This document shows, in pieces, positions 32,776 through 42,586 of a stretch of DNA of 64,000 bases (the stretch's first letter is position 1; every line of letters begins with the position of its first letter). The notes beneath the pieces were generated by a model, which was given only the letters and a program-made list of their open reading frames with translations, had not been told where the DNA came from and made no database searches. A program made the position numbers and the translations under genes. This DNA is from Planctomycetota bacterium (GTDB lineage: Bacteria > Planctomycetota > UBA1135 > UBA2386): NCBI GenBank assembly GCA_965223545.1, contig OZ245006.1:3648001-3712000 (forward strand), given 5' to 3'.

Positions 32776-34071
32776 ATGCATCGGACACTCATGATCGCCG
32801 CGGTGGCGATCGCTGCTATGGGATGTGTGGGAGCGCCAGATCCGAACTGGACCCCGAGCTATCAACCGACGAGCGCGGCCCTGGAACGTCGCGATCGGCC
32901 CGTCACCGCCGAGGACCTGCTGATTCTCCAGCGGGCAGCGGAGATCCTGAGCGACGAGTCCGTATGGAACCGCCGCGACAACCGTGTCTGTGAGGAAGAC
33001 GCCACGACCTGGAGCCTGTTCTGCGCCCTGCACAAGGCCTCTATCGAGACCATCGGCGAGTACCAGCACCGGCGCGTTGCTCTTCAAGAGGTCCGCTTCG
33101 CCATCGAGGACGTGACCGGAGGCGAGGAGTTCGAGAATCGCCTGGGGGACTTCAACAACACGCGGTCACATGCCGAGATCCTCGAGGTTCTCACCATGGC
33201 CACCGAGCGCGTCGAGTCGCGTTTGCATAGCCAGTCGACCTCGGCTTCCGGGCCGAAGATCGAAACCGGCTTTGCGGAGGTCAACGGCACGCGGCTGTAC
33301 TACGAGGTCGCCGGCACGGGCGACCCGATCGTGTTGATCCATGGGAACTTCGGTGATCGACGGTACTACGACGGCCAGTTCGAGGCCCTCGCCAGGCATC
33401 ACCGCGTGCTGCGCTACGACCTCCGGGGCTTCGGCCAGTCGATGCGGCCGGAAGAAGGGGTTCCCTACAGCGACTTCGAGGATCTCGAGGCCTTGATGAC
33501 GGATCTCGACATCGAGCGCGCGCACCTCGCCGGGTTCTCGCTGGGCAGCGCCATCGTGGTTGACTTCTGCCTGGCGTTTCCCGACCGGTGCCGCTCGCTG
33601 ATCGTCCTCGGGCCCTGGTTCTTCGGCTACGACTCGCCGGCTGCCCGGGCGATGTTCGAGGACTTCGGCACGATTGGTGCTGCCGCGGTCAGCGGCGGGC
33701 AGGACGCCGCGCTCGAGCAACTCCTCGCCGCGACCTGGTGGTACCCGGAGAAGGTCCCGCCGCGAGCCCTCGAGCGCGTGAAGGCGATCTGGAGCGACTT
33801 CGACTTCTGGCACTTCAGGAACCCCGACCCCCGGCGTTTCCTCACTCCAATGGCGGCCGAGCAGCTCGAGCGGATCACCTTACCCGCCCTGATCATCACG
33901 GCCGAGTACGACCTCGACGCCTGCCGAGCGGCTGCCGAACAGATGGATGCCAGGATTCCGGACAGCACGATGCTCGACCTGGCCGGCCTGACGCACTTCA
34001 TGTTCATCGAGCAGCCGGAGGACGTGAACGCAGCCATGCTCGAGTTCCTCGTCGACGCGGATGGTCGTTGA
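32776..34071 (+). CDS. Lipoprotein: DUF6197-like domain fused to an alpha/beta hydrolase
   Basis: AGGAG RBS; lipobox AAMGC; WSLFCAL...FNN domain; HGNFG, YDLRGFGQS, GFSLG nucleophile elbow, C-terminal His (THFMF). Confidence 0.8.
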   Translation: MHRTLMIAAVAIAAMGCVGAPDPNWTPSYQPTSAALERRDRPVTAEDLLILQRAAEILSDESVWNRRDNRVCEEDATTWSLFCALHKASIETIGEYQHRRVALQEVRFAIEDVTGGEEFENRLGDFNNTRSHAEILEVLTMATERVESRLHSQSTSASGPKIETGFAEVNGTRLYYEVAGTGDPIVLIHGNFGDRRYYDGQFEALARHHRVLRYDLRGFGQSMRPEEGVPYSDFEDLEALMTDLDIERAHLAGFSLGSAIVVDFCLAFPDRCRSLIVLGPWFFGYDSPAARAMFEDFGTIGAAAVSGGQDAALEQLLAATWWYPEKVPPRALERVKAIWSDFDFWHFRNPDPRRFLTPMAAEQLERITLPALIITAEYDLDACRAAAEQMDARIPDSTMLDLAGLTHFMFIEQPEDVNAAMLEFLVDADGR

Positions 34072-34264
34072 CGCTCAACAGGCCATCGTCGCGCCTGGAG
34101 TGGTGACCTGGTACCTGGCGCGCGTCTACCGCCCTCCGGCTGATCAGGCGCGCTGACGAGCCTGCGCCCGTCGGTCATTGAGCCTTCCGACGCCATCGGC
34201 TTGAGTGCCACTTGGTGCCACGTTCCTGGTCCGCTCCAGTCCACTCGAGTCCGGGTCCAGTCGA

Positions 34265-35001
34265 ACGGCACTTCTCGGCGGTCCGCCGCGTCGTCGTGCG
34301 CGCGATCTCTTCCTGGTACCGCGCGCGGGCGAAACGCCGCGGCATCGCCGAGCCGCGCACCGGCTGCGTGACCTTCATCCAGCGCTTCGACTCGGCGCTG
34401 CGATTGAACGCCCACTTCCACATGCTCTGGCCGGACGGCGTCTTCTCGATCGACTTCCGCGACGACGAACCACGCGACCGCGCCGAGTTCTAGGACACCA
34501 CCCCCACCACCGACGACGACATCCAGCGCCTGGTGAAGACGCTGCGGGATCGCGTGCTGCGGGTGCTGCGCAAACGGGGCAAGCTGCCACCCGAGGACGA
34601 CGGAGGTACTCGTGTGCCGAGCTCATGCAGCGGGTCTTCAAGGTGGACGTCCTGGTGTGCTTGGCAACTGCGGCGCACCGATGCCAAGGTGGTCGACCTG
34701 CTTACCGACCCCGCGGTCCTCGATCGCATCTTGGCAGCCATCTCGAGCTGCCCGCGGAGCCGCCGCTCATCGCGGCAGCTCGCGGCCCGCCCGAGGCGGC
34801 GCTGCCATTCGAGTGAAGAGCTTGCGTGCCGTTGACAAGAGGTCCCCACGCGCACGGGGTCTGCGCGCACCCCGGAGATTCGGGCGTCTCGCCTCGACGG
34901 GGACGCCTCAACCGCAGCCGCCGAGCGGTTCGGATACCATGGCAGGGTTCGCCCACCGCCTCCTGCGAAGGGCCGGAGGCACTTTGAAGCGCTTATCCCG
35001 C
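34265..35001 (+). mobile_element. IS91-like fragment C with internal deletion and oriIS-like end
   Basis: QRFDSALRLNAHFH; premature TAG at 34491; 3' non-coding tail shared with copy D, ending TTTGAAGCGCTTATCC. Confidence 0.85.
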
Positions 35002-35002
35002 G

Positions 35003-35185
35003 GTGGCCCTGCCAATCGTGTCATCGGCGGCCGGCACGCTGACTCTGAGCCTGCCCGTGCCGAGCACGCCGAGCGTGGTCGGCGCCGAGCTGTCGTTCCA
35101 GCTGCTCGATCCGGACTGGAGCTTGTCGCAGTATTCGCTGCCACTCGGGCACTCGGGGGGCTTGACCGTCGAGATCGCGCCGTAG
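35003..35185 (+). pseudogene. C-terminal stump of a secreted protein (shared C-terminal module)
   Basis: AAGTLTLSLPVPSTPSVVGAELSFQLLDPD...SGGLTVEIAP*, directly abutting the IS91 end. Confidence 0.6.
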
Positions 35186-35436
35186 CTCACGGCAGTGAGC
35201 GCGAGCGCGAGTGTGCCCACGCTCTGGAGTGCAGTTGTGCCGTGAATTCGCCGCCGCCGTAGTTCGATGCGCGACTGCGGGTGGCGACCGCGGCTGGCTG
35301 AATGCGCACTACAGCCTGAGTCTGCCGATCCCCAACGCGATCGTTCCTTGGTTGTTGGCCCGGCGGGCCGGGCGCTAGCTTCGCCGGTCGGGAACGGGCA
35401 GCGGGGTGGCGGGCACTATTCTGTGAAGCCCCGCCG

Positions 35437-37899
35437 ATGACGCCCCAGTCGATCACCCAAGCCCTGGCCGAACACGATCGCTGGCTGAAGAGCCTGCTGC
35501 AGACCCTGGTGCGGCCGGACGAGGTCGAGGACCTCGCCCAGGAGACCTGGGTGGCGGCGCTGGTCGACCCGCCGCGAGCGCGCCGGCCATGGCGCGCGTG
35601 GCTGGCGACGGTGGCCCGGCGCAAGGCGCACCGGCGGCGGCGCGAGGTGGAGCGGCGCGTGCGGCGAGAGCAGCGCGCGGCGGCGCCCGAGGCGCTGCCC
35701 GGGGCCGATGAGCTGGTCGAGCAGGTCGAGTTCCGGCAACGGCTGACCGCGATCGTACTGGCGCTGGACGAGCCGTTCCGCAGCACGCTCTTGCAGCGGT
35801 TCTACGAGCGGCGCCGGCCGCAGGAGATCGCCCGCGCCTGCGGCGTGCCGCCGGCTACCGTGCGCAGTCGGCTGCACCGCGGCGTGGCGCAGGTGCGCTC
35901 GGCGCTCGACGCCGGTCCTGACCGCCGCCTGTGGCGAGCGGCGGCGCTGTTGGTCGGCGTGCGGCCGGATCGGGCTGCGGTCGCGCCCTGGATTCCCGGA
36001 GTGTTTGCCATGAGCACCAAGACCGTTGTGTGGCTCGGCGCGTTCGCCGCAGCATGTCTGCTCGCCTTGCCACTGCTGTGGCCGGAGCCCGCCGTCCCGG
36101 TGCGCGGCGGGGGAGGTGCTGTCGACGGCGCGGAACCGATGCGCGCCACCGCTGCGGCGGCGCGCGCGGCGGACACAACCCCTGAGCGCAGTGCGCTGCA
36201 GGCAAGACCGGCGGCGGCTCCCGATCCAGCGGCGGCGGTGCCGCTGGTGCGCGGCCGAGTGCTCGATCCGCACGGCCAGCCGATTGCGGGGGCGCGCGTG
36301 TTCACCAGGGCCAATCTGCAACCGTCCTTCGACGGCGATGGCGACGATCACACGCCGTTCGACGTCGTCGGCCGCGAATGGACGCCGATCGGCGAGACCG
36401 ATGCCCAGGGTGCGTTCGCGGCGGCGGCGACCGGTTGGCTCGTGGTCGGGCCGCCGCACATCGCGCTGCGGCCGACGATGGCACGGCCGGACTTGGAATG
36501 CGTGGTGGTCGCGGTGCGCGCCGTCGGTGTCGGTGGCGTGGTGACCGACGAGGATGGAGTGCCGCTGGCAGGCGTTCAGATCACCGGCTTCTGCGAACGC
36601 GTGCCGACTTTCCCCAGTTCGCTCGAGCAGAGCGCGCGGCCGGATTTTCTCGGTGGTCGCAGCGACGCGCAGGGCCGTTTTCGGCTGTCGCGAGTGGCCG
36701 GCACCGACGCGATGGAGCTGCGCTTCCGAGCTGCGGAGCACGAGCCGACCGTGGTGCGTGCGCCGGCCAACGACCGCTTCGACCTGTCCGTGGCGCTGCG
36801 CAAGCACGCCCGCGCTGGCGCGATTGCGGTGCGCGGTCACGTCTACGCGCCCGACGGTGCTGTGGTGGCGCAGGCCTTGGTCGGCTACGGCGATCGCTCG
36901 ACGCGCACCGATGCCGGCGGTGGCTTCGCGCTGCACGTCGCCGAGGTCGATCCGCGCGAAGTGCTGTTCGCAGTCGCCGACGGCTTTGCGGCGGCGTCGG
37001 TGACCCTGAGTGCGCCGCCCGACCAACCGCTGGCACTGCGGCTCGGCCGGCTCGACGGCGTGCTGCGCGGCCGGATTGTGGATGCCGACGACCGGCCGCG
37101 GCCGAACTTACAGGTATACCTGCATGATCTGCGCCACCTCGGCTCGACCGCGCACACCGAGATCGGTTTCGAGGTCGGGGCCGGCGACGACTGGATCGGG
37201 CCGCACGATGTCAGCGGCGCCGACGGGCACTTCGAGATCGCCGGGGTGCGCCGCCGGCCGTGGCGGCTGCAGCTGCTGGATCGGCGGCGTGGATTCGTGC
37301 ACACAACGGAACCGGTACCGACCGACCGCGAGGTGACGATCCGCATCCCGGCCGACGCGGTTTTTCCGGTGGTGCGCGGGCGGGTGGTCGATCGCCGCGG
37401 TCACGGTGTTGCCGGAGTCTCGGTCACCTATCGGGTGCCGATCCGCATGCGCGACGGTCAGGGGGTCAGCACCACCGGCGTGCGCTGTGTCAGTGCCGCC
37501 GACGGCGCGTTCGAGCTGGTCGATGTGCCCGTGACCACCGGTCGGCTGTTGGTCTCCGGCGATGAGATCGTGCCGACCGAGCACCGGCTTCGCTCGCCAC
37601 CGGCCGCCGAGGAGACGGTGCGGGTCGCGGCCCGCCGCCGGTTCCGGGTGTTTGCGCCCGCGGCCGGCGAGGACGCCGAGATCGTGGTGCTCGCCGAGGA
37701 CGGCGAGCCGATGGCGATCCGCTGCTTCGACGAGCACGGCCACGTCTGGGGTTCGTCGTGGCGACTCACCGGCGGACGCACCGAAGTGCTGGTGGTCGGC
37801 GACGCGGCCGCCGAGATCGTGCTGCGGTCCGGCGCGCGCGAGCTCGGTCGGCAGCCCCTGGCACTGCGCGGCGGCGTCACGGCGGAAATTCGCTTCTAG
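35437..37899 (+). CDS. ECF sigma factor fused to a TM segment and carboxypeptidase-regulatory-like (beta-sandwich) repeats
   Basis: EDLAQETW, AWLATVAR, EIARACGVPPATVRSRLHRG; TM near aa 195-215; repeated GRVVD..G.P..G..V / TD..G.F. Confidence 0.88.
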   Translation: MTPQSITQALAEHDRWLKSLLQTLVRPDEVEDLAQETWVAALVDPPRARRPWRAWLATVARRKAHRRRREVERRVRREQRAAAPEALPGADELVEQVEFRQRLTAIVLALDEPFRSTLLQRFYERRRPQEIARACGVPPATVRSRLHRGVAQVRSALDAGPDRRLWRAAALLVGVRPDRAAVAPWIPGVFAMSTKTVVWLGAFAAACLLALPLLWPEPAVPVRGGGGAVDGAEPMRATAAAARAADTTPERSALQARPAAAPDPAAAVPLVRGRVLDPHGQPIAGARVFTRANLQPSFDGDGDDHTPFDVVGREWTPIGETDAQGAFAAAATGWLVVGPPHIALRPTMARPDLECVVVAVRAVGVGGVVTDEDGVPLAGVQITGFCERVPTFPSSLEQSARPDFLGGRSDAQGRFRLSRVAGTDAMELRFRAAEHEPTVVRAPANDRFDLSVALRKHARAGAIAVRGHVYAPDGAVVAQALVGYGDRSTRTDAGGGFALHVAEVDPREVLFAVADGFAAASVTLSAPPDQPLALRLGRLDGVLRGRIVDADDRPRPNLQVYLHDLRHLGSTAHTEIGFEVGAGDDWIGPHDVSGADGHFEIAGVRRRPWRLQLLDRRRGFVHTTEPVPTDREVTIRIPADAVFPVVRGRVVDRRGHGVAGVSVTYRVPIRMRDGQGVSTTGVRCVSAADGAFELVDVPVTTGRLLVSGDEIVPTEHRLRSPPAAEETVRVAARRRFRVFAPAAGEDAEIVVLAEDGEPMAIRCFDEHGHVWGSSWRLTGGRTEVLVVGDAAAEIVLRSGARELGRQPLALRGGVTAEIRF

Positions 37900-37917
37900 C
37901 GCGACCGTACCAGTGGT

Positions 37918-39384
37918 GTGGACACGTCGCCTCAGATGATCGAGGGTGGGTCCCTGCCCGCCCGGTGTGCCGACTGCCAACAGACGTTCCGGGTCGCCGC
38001 GGCGGACCGCGCCTACACGTGCCGGGCCTGCGGCGGCACGGTGCGCGCGGTCACGGCCGTGCACCACCTCGAGGGCACGGTGACCTGCGCGCAGTGCTCG
38101 GCGATCAACGTGCACAACGCGCAGTTCTGCGCCGGGTGCCACGCGCTGCTGGGCGAGTCGCCGGCGGTGCGGGTTACCGGTGAGGAGATGCGCCTGCGGC
38201 GCGAGGCGTCGAGCGAGCTGCGCCGCGGCTACCGCTGGATCACCGCGGTTTCGTGGCTGTTCCGGCTGGGTGCCGTCGGCTACGCCGCGGTGACGGTGGT
38301 GGCGGTGATGGCGCTGCGCAGCACCGAGGTCCCGGTGGGGCCGGGCGTGCTGGTCGTGGCGTTGGCGACGCTGCTGACCGTGACCATGTTGATGGGCGCG
38401 ATCCAGATCCTGTTCCAGCCGCTGCTGTGGACGGTAGTGGTCGCGGCGCTGGCGACTGCCGTGACCGTCGCCCATCTGATCGGACCGAACCCGCTCGGTC
38501 TGGCGTCGGTGTGGAGCGGCGCTTGGGCCATCGGGTTCTGGGCTGCCGTGTTGCCGATGTGGCGCTTCCGCCGGCTGATGGCAGCGCACACCGATCTGTA
38601 CATCGCGCACCACGCCAGCCATCAGACCAAGCGCTCGCTCGAGGGGCGATCGCCCGCTGAGCGGCACGAACGTTTGGTGCGGGCGATGCGCCGCGCGTCC
38701 CAGCGCGCGTGGTCGATCTCGGCGGTGTCGGCGGTCGGTCTTTGCCTGGTCAGTGGACTCGGCGCCTACCTGGTCTGGGCCAACCTGCGGCCGCACGGCC
38801 TGCAGCCGGCACTGGCGCGCTTCGAAGCGGCGTGGAACGACAACAACCTCGCCGCGGTGGACCGGCAGCTGTCACCGGTGGTGCGCGGCACGGTTTCGGC
38901 ACGCGTCGCCGCGATCGTCGAGGGCCACGGTTGGCGCTATGCCATGCCGAAGCTGGCGAACGGTCGGTCGCGCAGCGACGGCGACAGCGTCTGGATCGAC
39001 TACCAGACCGAGGCCGGGGTGGTGCAGACACGCTGGGTGCTGCGCAGCCAGGATTGGTACGCGACCGCGCTGGAGTTGCCACAGCCGCCGCTGGAGCCGG
39101 TGCTGCAGCGGTTCTACTCGGCGTGGCGCGACTCGGACGTGGCTGCCATCGCGGCGCTGGTGCCGCCGACCTACCAGCAACGCATGCACGAGTCGATCGA
39201 GCGCGCGCTCGAGCGTCGCGATTGGCAGCGGCTGCCGGAGATCCTGACCACTCAACGCGGCACGGCGCCCGACGGCGAGGTCGCGATCGCACTGTCGGTC
39301 GCCGGCGGCACGATCGACACAAAGTGGCGCTATCGCGTCGATGGTCGCTGGGGTCTGCAGTCGATACAGTTTCCCAAGCGTTGA
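37918..39384 (+). CDS. Membrane protein with N-terminal zinc ribbons and two NTF2-like C-terminal repeats
   Basis: CADC, CRAC, CAQC, CAGC; about five TMs; duplicated L.P.L.RF..AW...D..A unit; start uncertain. Confidence 0.7.
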   Translation: MDTSPQMIEGGSLPARCADCQQTFRVAAADRAYTCRACGGTVRAVTAVHHLEGTVTCAQCSAINVHNAQFCAGCHALLGESPAVRVTGEEMRLRREASSELRRGYRWITAVSWLFRLGAVGYAAVTVVAVMALRSTEVPVGPGVLVVALATLLTVTMLMGAIQILFQPLLWTVVVAALATAVTVAHLIGPNPLGLASVWSGAWAIGFWAAVLPMWRFRRLMAAHTDLYIAHHASHQTKRSLEGRSPAERHERLVRAMRRASQRAWSISAVSAVGLCLVSGLGAYLVWANLRPHGLQPALARFEAAWNDNNLAAVDRQLSPVVRGTVSARVAAIVEGHGWRYAMPKLANGRSRSDGDSVWIDYQTEAGVVQTRWVLRSQDWYATALELPQPPLEPVLQRFYSAWRDSDVAAIAALVPPTYQQRMHESIERALERRDWQRLPEILTTQRGTAPDGEVAIALSVAGGTIDTKWRYRVDGRWGLQSIQFPKR

Positions 39385-39411
39385 CCCGCGGCTGGCGTGG
39401 TTGCTCGGGCC

Positions 39412-39663
39412 TCAGAGCTGCTTGGGCAATCGGATCACCTCGCGCAGCCCCGCCGTCAGAGTCGGGTGCTCCGACTCGAGCCGCTGGCAGGTCTCGGTCA
39501 CACAGTCGACCAGGGGCGAGTGCGGCGTCGACTCGTCCAGCGCCACTTGGATCTCGTTCAAGACCTCGCTGAGATGCCGCCGGTCGGCATCGTCGAGTAC
39601 GGCGCCGCTGGCCAGTTGTTCGTGCAGTGCGTCGAGCGCCTGGTTGAGTTTCTCGCGCGGCAT
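39412..39663 (-). CDS. DUF4404-like small helical protein
   Basis: KLNQALDALHEQL...ESEHPTLTAGLREVI; C-terminus may be altered. Confidence 0.65.
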   Translation of the reverse strand: MPREKLNQALDALHEQLASGAVLDDADRRHLSEVLNEIQVALDESTPHSPLVDCVTETCQRLESEHPTLTAGLREVIRLPKQL

Positions 39664-39734
39664 GCCTTCGTCCTACTGATGTCGGGTGCCACTCCAGTCC
39701 ACGCCGAGCTCGGCGGTGGCATTCGAACCGTGTG

Positions 39735-40030
39735 TCAGTAGCCGAGACTGCGCAGGCGTCGCGCCTCCTCCGGGCTGGGGCGCGCCGGTCCGGCGTCCTC
39801 ACCGGTTCGACGATCGGGTTGTGCAGCGTGCAGAGCTCGCCAGCGCTCCTGCCAATCGGAGAGTAGGGCGGGTCGCCACGCGTTGTCGCGCTCGGCTGGG
39901 TCGGCCCGCAGGTCGTAGAGCTCGATGCCGTCGCTGCGGCGCCGGTGCTGCCGGCGTGCGCGGACAGGTCGACGCGCACGGCGATGGGCTCGGTGGTATC
40001 CGTCGGTTGCAGGAAGCGCTCGCAGCCGCG
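39735..40030 (-). pseudogene. Sulfatase C-terminal remnant
   Basis: Manual translation IELYDLRADPAERDN...EEARRLRSLGY*; truncated by IS91 fragment D. Confidence 0.7.
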
Positions 40031-40719
40031 GCGGTCCGCGTGCCGGAGTTCAGCCCCGAACGGCTGGAGAAGCTGAAGAAGCGATACCGCGACGGCTCGA
40101 CCCACGTAGTCCTCAGCCCGCTCGACTTCATCGCGCGCCTCGCCGCGCTGGTTCCGCGGCCGCGCGTGCACCTCGTCACCTACCACGGGGTGTTCGCGCC
40201 GGCCGCGGCATACCGCGACCTCCTCGTCCCGGACCCGCCGGAGGAGGAGCAGCCCGCGTGCGCACATCGCCCGGACCCCGACGGCAACGACGACCGTCCA
40301 CGACCACGTCGTGGACGACGGAGGTACTCGTGTGCCGAGCTCATGCAGCGGGTCTTCAAGGTGGACGTCCTGGTGTGCTTCGCAACTGCGGCGCACCGAT
40401 GCCAAGGTGCTCGACCTGCTTTCCGACCCCGCGGTCCTCGATCGCATCTTGGCAGCCATCTCGAGCTGCCCGCGGAGCCGCCGCTCATCGCGGCGGCTCG
40501 CGGCCCGCCCGAGGCGGCGCTGCCGTTCGAGTGAGAGGCTTGCGTGCCGTTGACAAGAGGTCCCCGCGCGCACGGGGTCTGCGCGCACCCCGGAGATTCG
40601 AGCGTTTCGCCTCGACGGGGACGCCTCAACCGCAGCCGCCGAGCGGTTCGGATACCATGGCAAAGTTCGCCCACCGCCTCCTGCGAAGGGCCGGAGGCAC
40701 TTTGAAACGCTTGTCCCGC
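40031..40719 (+). mobile_element. IS91-like fragment D with oriIS-like end
   Basis: LKKRYRDGSTHVVLSPLDFIARLAALVPRPRVHLVTYHGVFAP; tail near-identical to copy C, ending TTTGAAACGCTTGTCC. Confidence 0.88.
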
Positions 40720-40797
40720 TCTTTGACAGTTGGGTCGAGCGGCTTCGCCTCCCCGGCGGCTCGACCTCGATGATGCGGGGAGGCGGTGAGCTCGAGG

Positions 40798-40904
40798 TGG
40801 GTCAGTTTTGGTTTGCCGGCCCAGTGGACGAGCTGCGGGTCGGGGCGACCGTGGTGGGTCAGCTCCCGCTTGCCGACTGGGTCAGTTCTGGCTTGCCGCT
40901 TACA
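40798..40904. mobile_element. IS21-family terminal remnant
   Basis: Three 21-bp direct repeats TGGGTCAG..G.TTGCCG at 40798, 40855 and 40878, ending CTTACA (TGTAAG terminus on the minus strand). Confidence 0.7.
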
Positions 40905-41030
40905 TGACGCCGCCTGGCGCCGCGCTGGTACCGAGTGTGAGCCGTGAAGCTTCGGCGGCGACTGAGAGCGGATGCCACCGCGGTGGCGATCGCTGCCGCG
41001 GGACATGCGCACCCCCTGGTTCGGGGCGCG

Positions 41031-42201
41031 TCACCGCCTTCGCTTCGCCAAGAGGGACCGAACGTCGCGCAGCGCGAGCGCGCGGATTTGCTTGTCGATC
41101 TTGAACGAGTCCGGGCCAGGATACACGACATCGAGCCGATCGAGCCGAAGGTCGTCGAGCGCGACGCGCATCGATCGAGTCACGCTCGGTGCGTCGCTGC
41201 GTTTGAACTCGAATCCGATGCGCTGGCTGCCGGCGATGACCAGCAGGTCGAGCTCGGCTCCACCGTGCGTTGCCCAGAAGTAGCATTGCTCGGGACGTGC
41301 CCTGAGTGTTCGGATGACGACACCGAGAGCGAACCCCTCCCAGCTCGCGCCGAGCTTCGGGTGATGCTCCACTTGCGACCTCGTCTCCAGGTCGAGCAGT
41401 GTGTGGAGGAGTCCGCTGTCCTCGATGTAGACCTTGGCGGCCTTGACCGTCCGCTTGCCGACGTTCTCGAACCACGGTGGTAGTTTCCGAACGACGAACG
41501 TGTCCGCCAGCAAGTCGAGGTAGCGGCGCACGGTCGGCGGGGACACGCCGAGCGATCCAGCGATCTCCGCGGCATTCCACGTCTGGCCGTGGTAGTGCGC
41601 GAGCATCGACCAAAACTGGCGCAGCCTCGCAGCCGGAACCGTGACACCCAGTTGTGGCAGATCACGCTCGAGGAACGACTGGACGAAGTCACGGCGCCAC
41701 TCCGAGCTCTTTGCGTCGCTCCGCGCGAAGAAAGAACGCGGAAAGCCACCGCGTAGCCACAGCCGGTCGAGGCGCTGGACGCCGACCTCTTCGAGATCGA
41801 AACCCGGTAGCCGGTAGTAGGCGATCCGTCCCGCCAGAGTCTCGGATCCCTGGCGAAGCAGCTCTGGCGACGCGCTGCCGAGCACGAGGAAGCGAGTCGC
41901 TGGTCGCTTGCGGTCGATCAGGACACCGCAGCACCGGGAACAGCTCCGGCCGGTGCTGGATCTCGTCAAGGACGACGAGACCCGTCAGCCCCTCCAAGGC
42001 CAACATCGGGTTCGCCAGACGGTGGACATCTCGCGGGTCTTCGAGGTCGAATCGGGTCACCTTCCCCGCTCGTCGTTGGGCGACCTGCTTGGCCAGGGTG
42101 GTCTTGCCCGTCTGCCGAGCACCGTGCAGCAACACGGCGCGCCGATCTCGGAGCAGCCGTTCCAGCGCGGTGACGTGAGCGTCTCGCAAGAGGTCGGCCA
42201 T
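41031..42201 (-). pseudogene. AAA+ ATPase/DUF4143, one frameshift near 41927
   Basis: GARQTGKTT, LDEIQ in one frame; LGSAS, ETLAGRI, RGGFP, DSGLLH, ELDLL..GFEFK in another; one extra base in CTGCGGTGTCCTG. Confidence 0.88.
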
Positions 42202-42586
42202 CCACGCAATTCGAACGTTCACCGTTCGATTTTCATGGCTATGGAGAATCCGGTGACCGACCTCGGCGACAGCAGTGCTGGCGCAGCGCCGCACCGAGCT
42301 ACTCGGATTCGTTCGGGCGCGGTGTGTGCGCACGGCGCATGGTGTCTCTGGCCCCTCCCCCAAGGCGCCTGCTCAGGATTCAGGCTTAACACGCGCACAC
42401 GCCCAGGCCTCTGAGTTCGTGCTCTACGACTTCGAGAAGGTGGGCCATGTGATCCCGCTCCTGTGAGGACCTCAGGCGAACGGGCCAGCCTGGGGATCCT
42501 TGTCAAGGCGGCTCAAGGGCATGCTCGAGGTCGACCGAATTACCATTCTGTAGTAATATGTAGTACGTAGCGAAAGGAGCGACACC

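Noticed and set aside
34074..34170. GCTCAAC plus palindrome as an attC site
   Set aside because: No GTTRRRY core at the matching position; more likely a terminator-like hairpin.
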